A DNA stretch of 64,000 bases from Haliotis cracherodii (lineage: Eukaryota), in NCBI RefSeq assembly GCF_022045235.1, contig NW_027266273.1, positions 19,840,001 to 19,904,000 on the forward strand, in the 5' to 3' direction. Under the pieces are notes generated by a model. The model did not search any database and was not told the DNA's origin. It worked only from the letters and a program-made list of their open reading frames with translations. Position 1 is the first letter of the stretch, and each line of letters opens with the position of its first letter. A program made the translations under genes and the position numbers. Positions 63,411 through 64,000 of the stretch are shown piece after piece.

Positions 63411-63775
63411 GTATGTATCGATAAGCAGCGTAACTAGGCAACATTGTGTTGTGATAACACTTCCCTTCCCAGCAGCAATCCAACCAGAATGTATCAATTA
63501 GCATCGTAACTAGGCAACATTGTGTCATGATATCATCCCCCTCCCCAACGGCACTCCAACCAATACGTAGCGACAAGCAGCATAACTAGGCAACACTGTG
63601 TTGTGATAACACGTCCCTCCACAGCAGCACTCCAACCGGTATGTATCGATAAGCAGTGTAACTAGGCAACACTGTGTTGTGATAACATGTCCCTCCACAG
63701 CAGCACTCCAACCAATACGTATCAATAAGCAGTGTAACCAGGCAACACTGTGTTGTGATAACATACATGTCCCTG
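63385..63775 (+). repeat. ~76-bp minisatellite x5 spanning the JAZF1 exon-3 donor
   Basis: CCCTCC(C/A)CAGCAGCACTCCAACCG|GTATGTATCGATAAGCAG.GTAACTAGGCAACA.TGTGTTGTGATAACA. Confidence 0.93.
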
Positions 63776-63821
63776 TCCCTAGTGTACGCAAGGTGTCGAT
63801 AAGTTATGTCACATCCGTTAG

Positions 63822-64000
63822 TGTATTCCTTGTATCCTATACTTATGTTATGTCCTAAAGTGTCCAGCTGGTATCCTATACTTATGTTATGTTGTATAGT
63901 GTCCAGCTGGTATCCTACACTTGTGTTATGTCGTATAGTGTCTAGCTGGTATCCTATAGTTATGTTATGTCGTATAGTGTCCAGCTGGTATCCTATACTT
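63822..64000 (+). repeat. 39-bp minisatellite, runs off window end
   Basis: GTGTCCAGCTGGTATCCTATACTTATGTTATGTCGTATA at 39-nt period. Confidence 0.93.

Overview
Eukaryotic, intron-rich animal DNA. The repeat landscape suggests a mollusc, probably a gastropod such as abalone (inference). I assembled six spliced genes by hand using GT-AG boundaries and phase continuity: (1) the 5' part of a pirin-family gene (-); (2) a complete 11-exon alkylglycerol monooxygenase AGMO (+, 451 aa), head-to-head with the pirin gene; (3) a CHST15/GalNAc4S-6ST-like sulfotransferase (+, about 404 aa, including a candidate 24-nt microexon); (4) a 3-exon Fuseless-family membrane protein (+, 379 aa); (5) nuclear ATP synthase subunit c (-, 156 aa precursor); (6) the 5' part of JAZF1 (+), head-to-head with the subunit c gene across an NRF-1-type site. 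Also present are a decayed MULE transposon with TIRs and TSD, a LINE ORF1 relic, at least four short retroposon families, several MITEs and many minisatellites. Two patterns stand out. First, four independent minisatellite arrays are anchored on exon-intron junctions and multiply real splice sites (up to 32 donors or 19 acceptors in a row). Second, an abundant short retroposon family has a precisely defined 5' end, no recognisable tRNA head, and a compact, probably pseudoknotted leader that is a candidate self-cleaving RNA. Repeat boundaries are approximate unless TSDs are given. No database searches were run.
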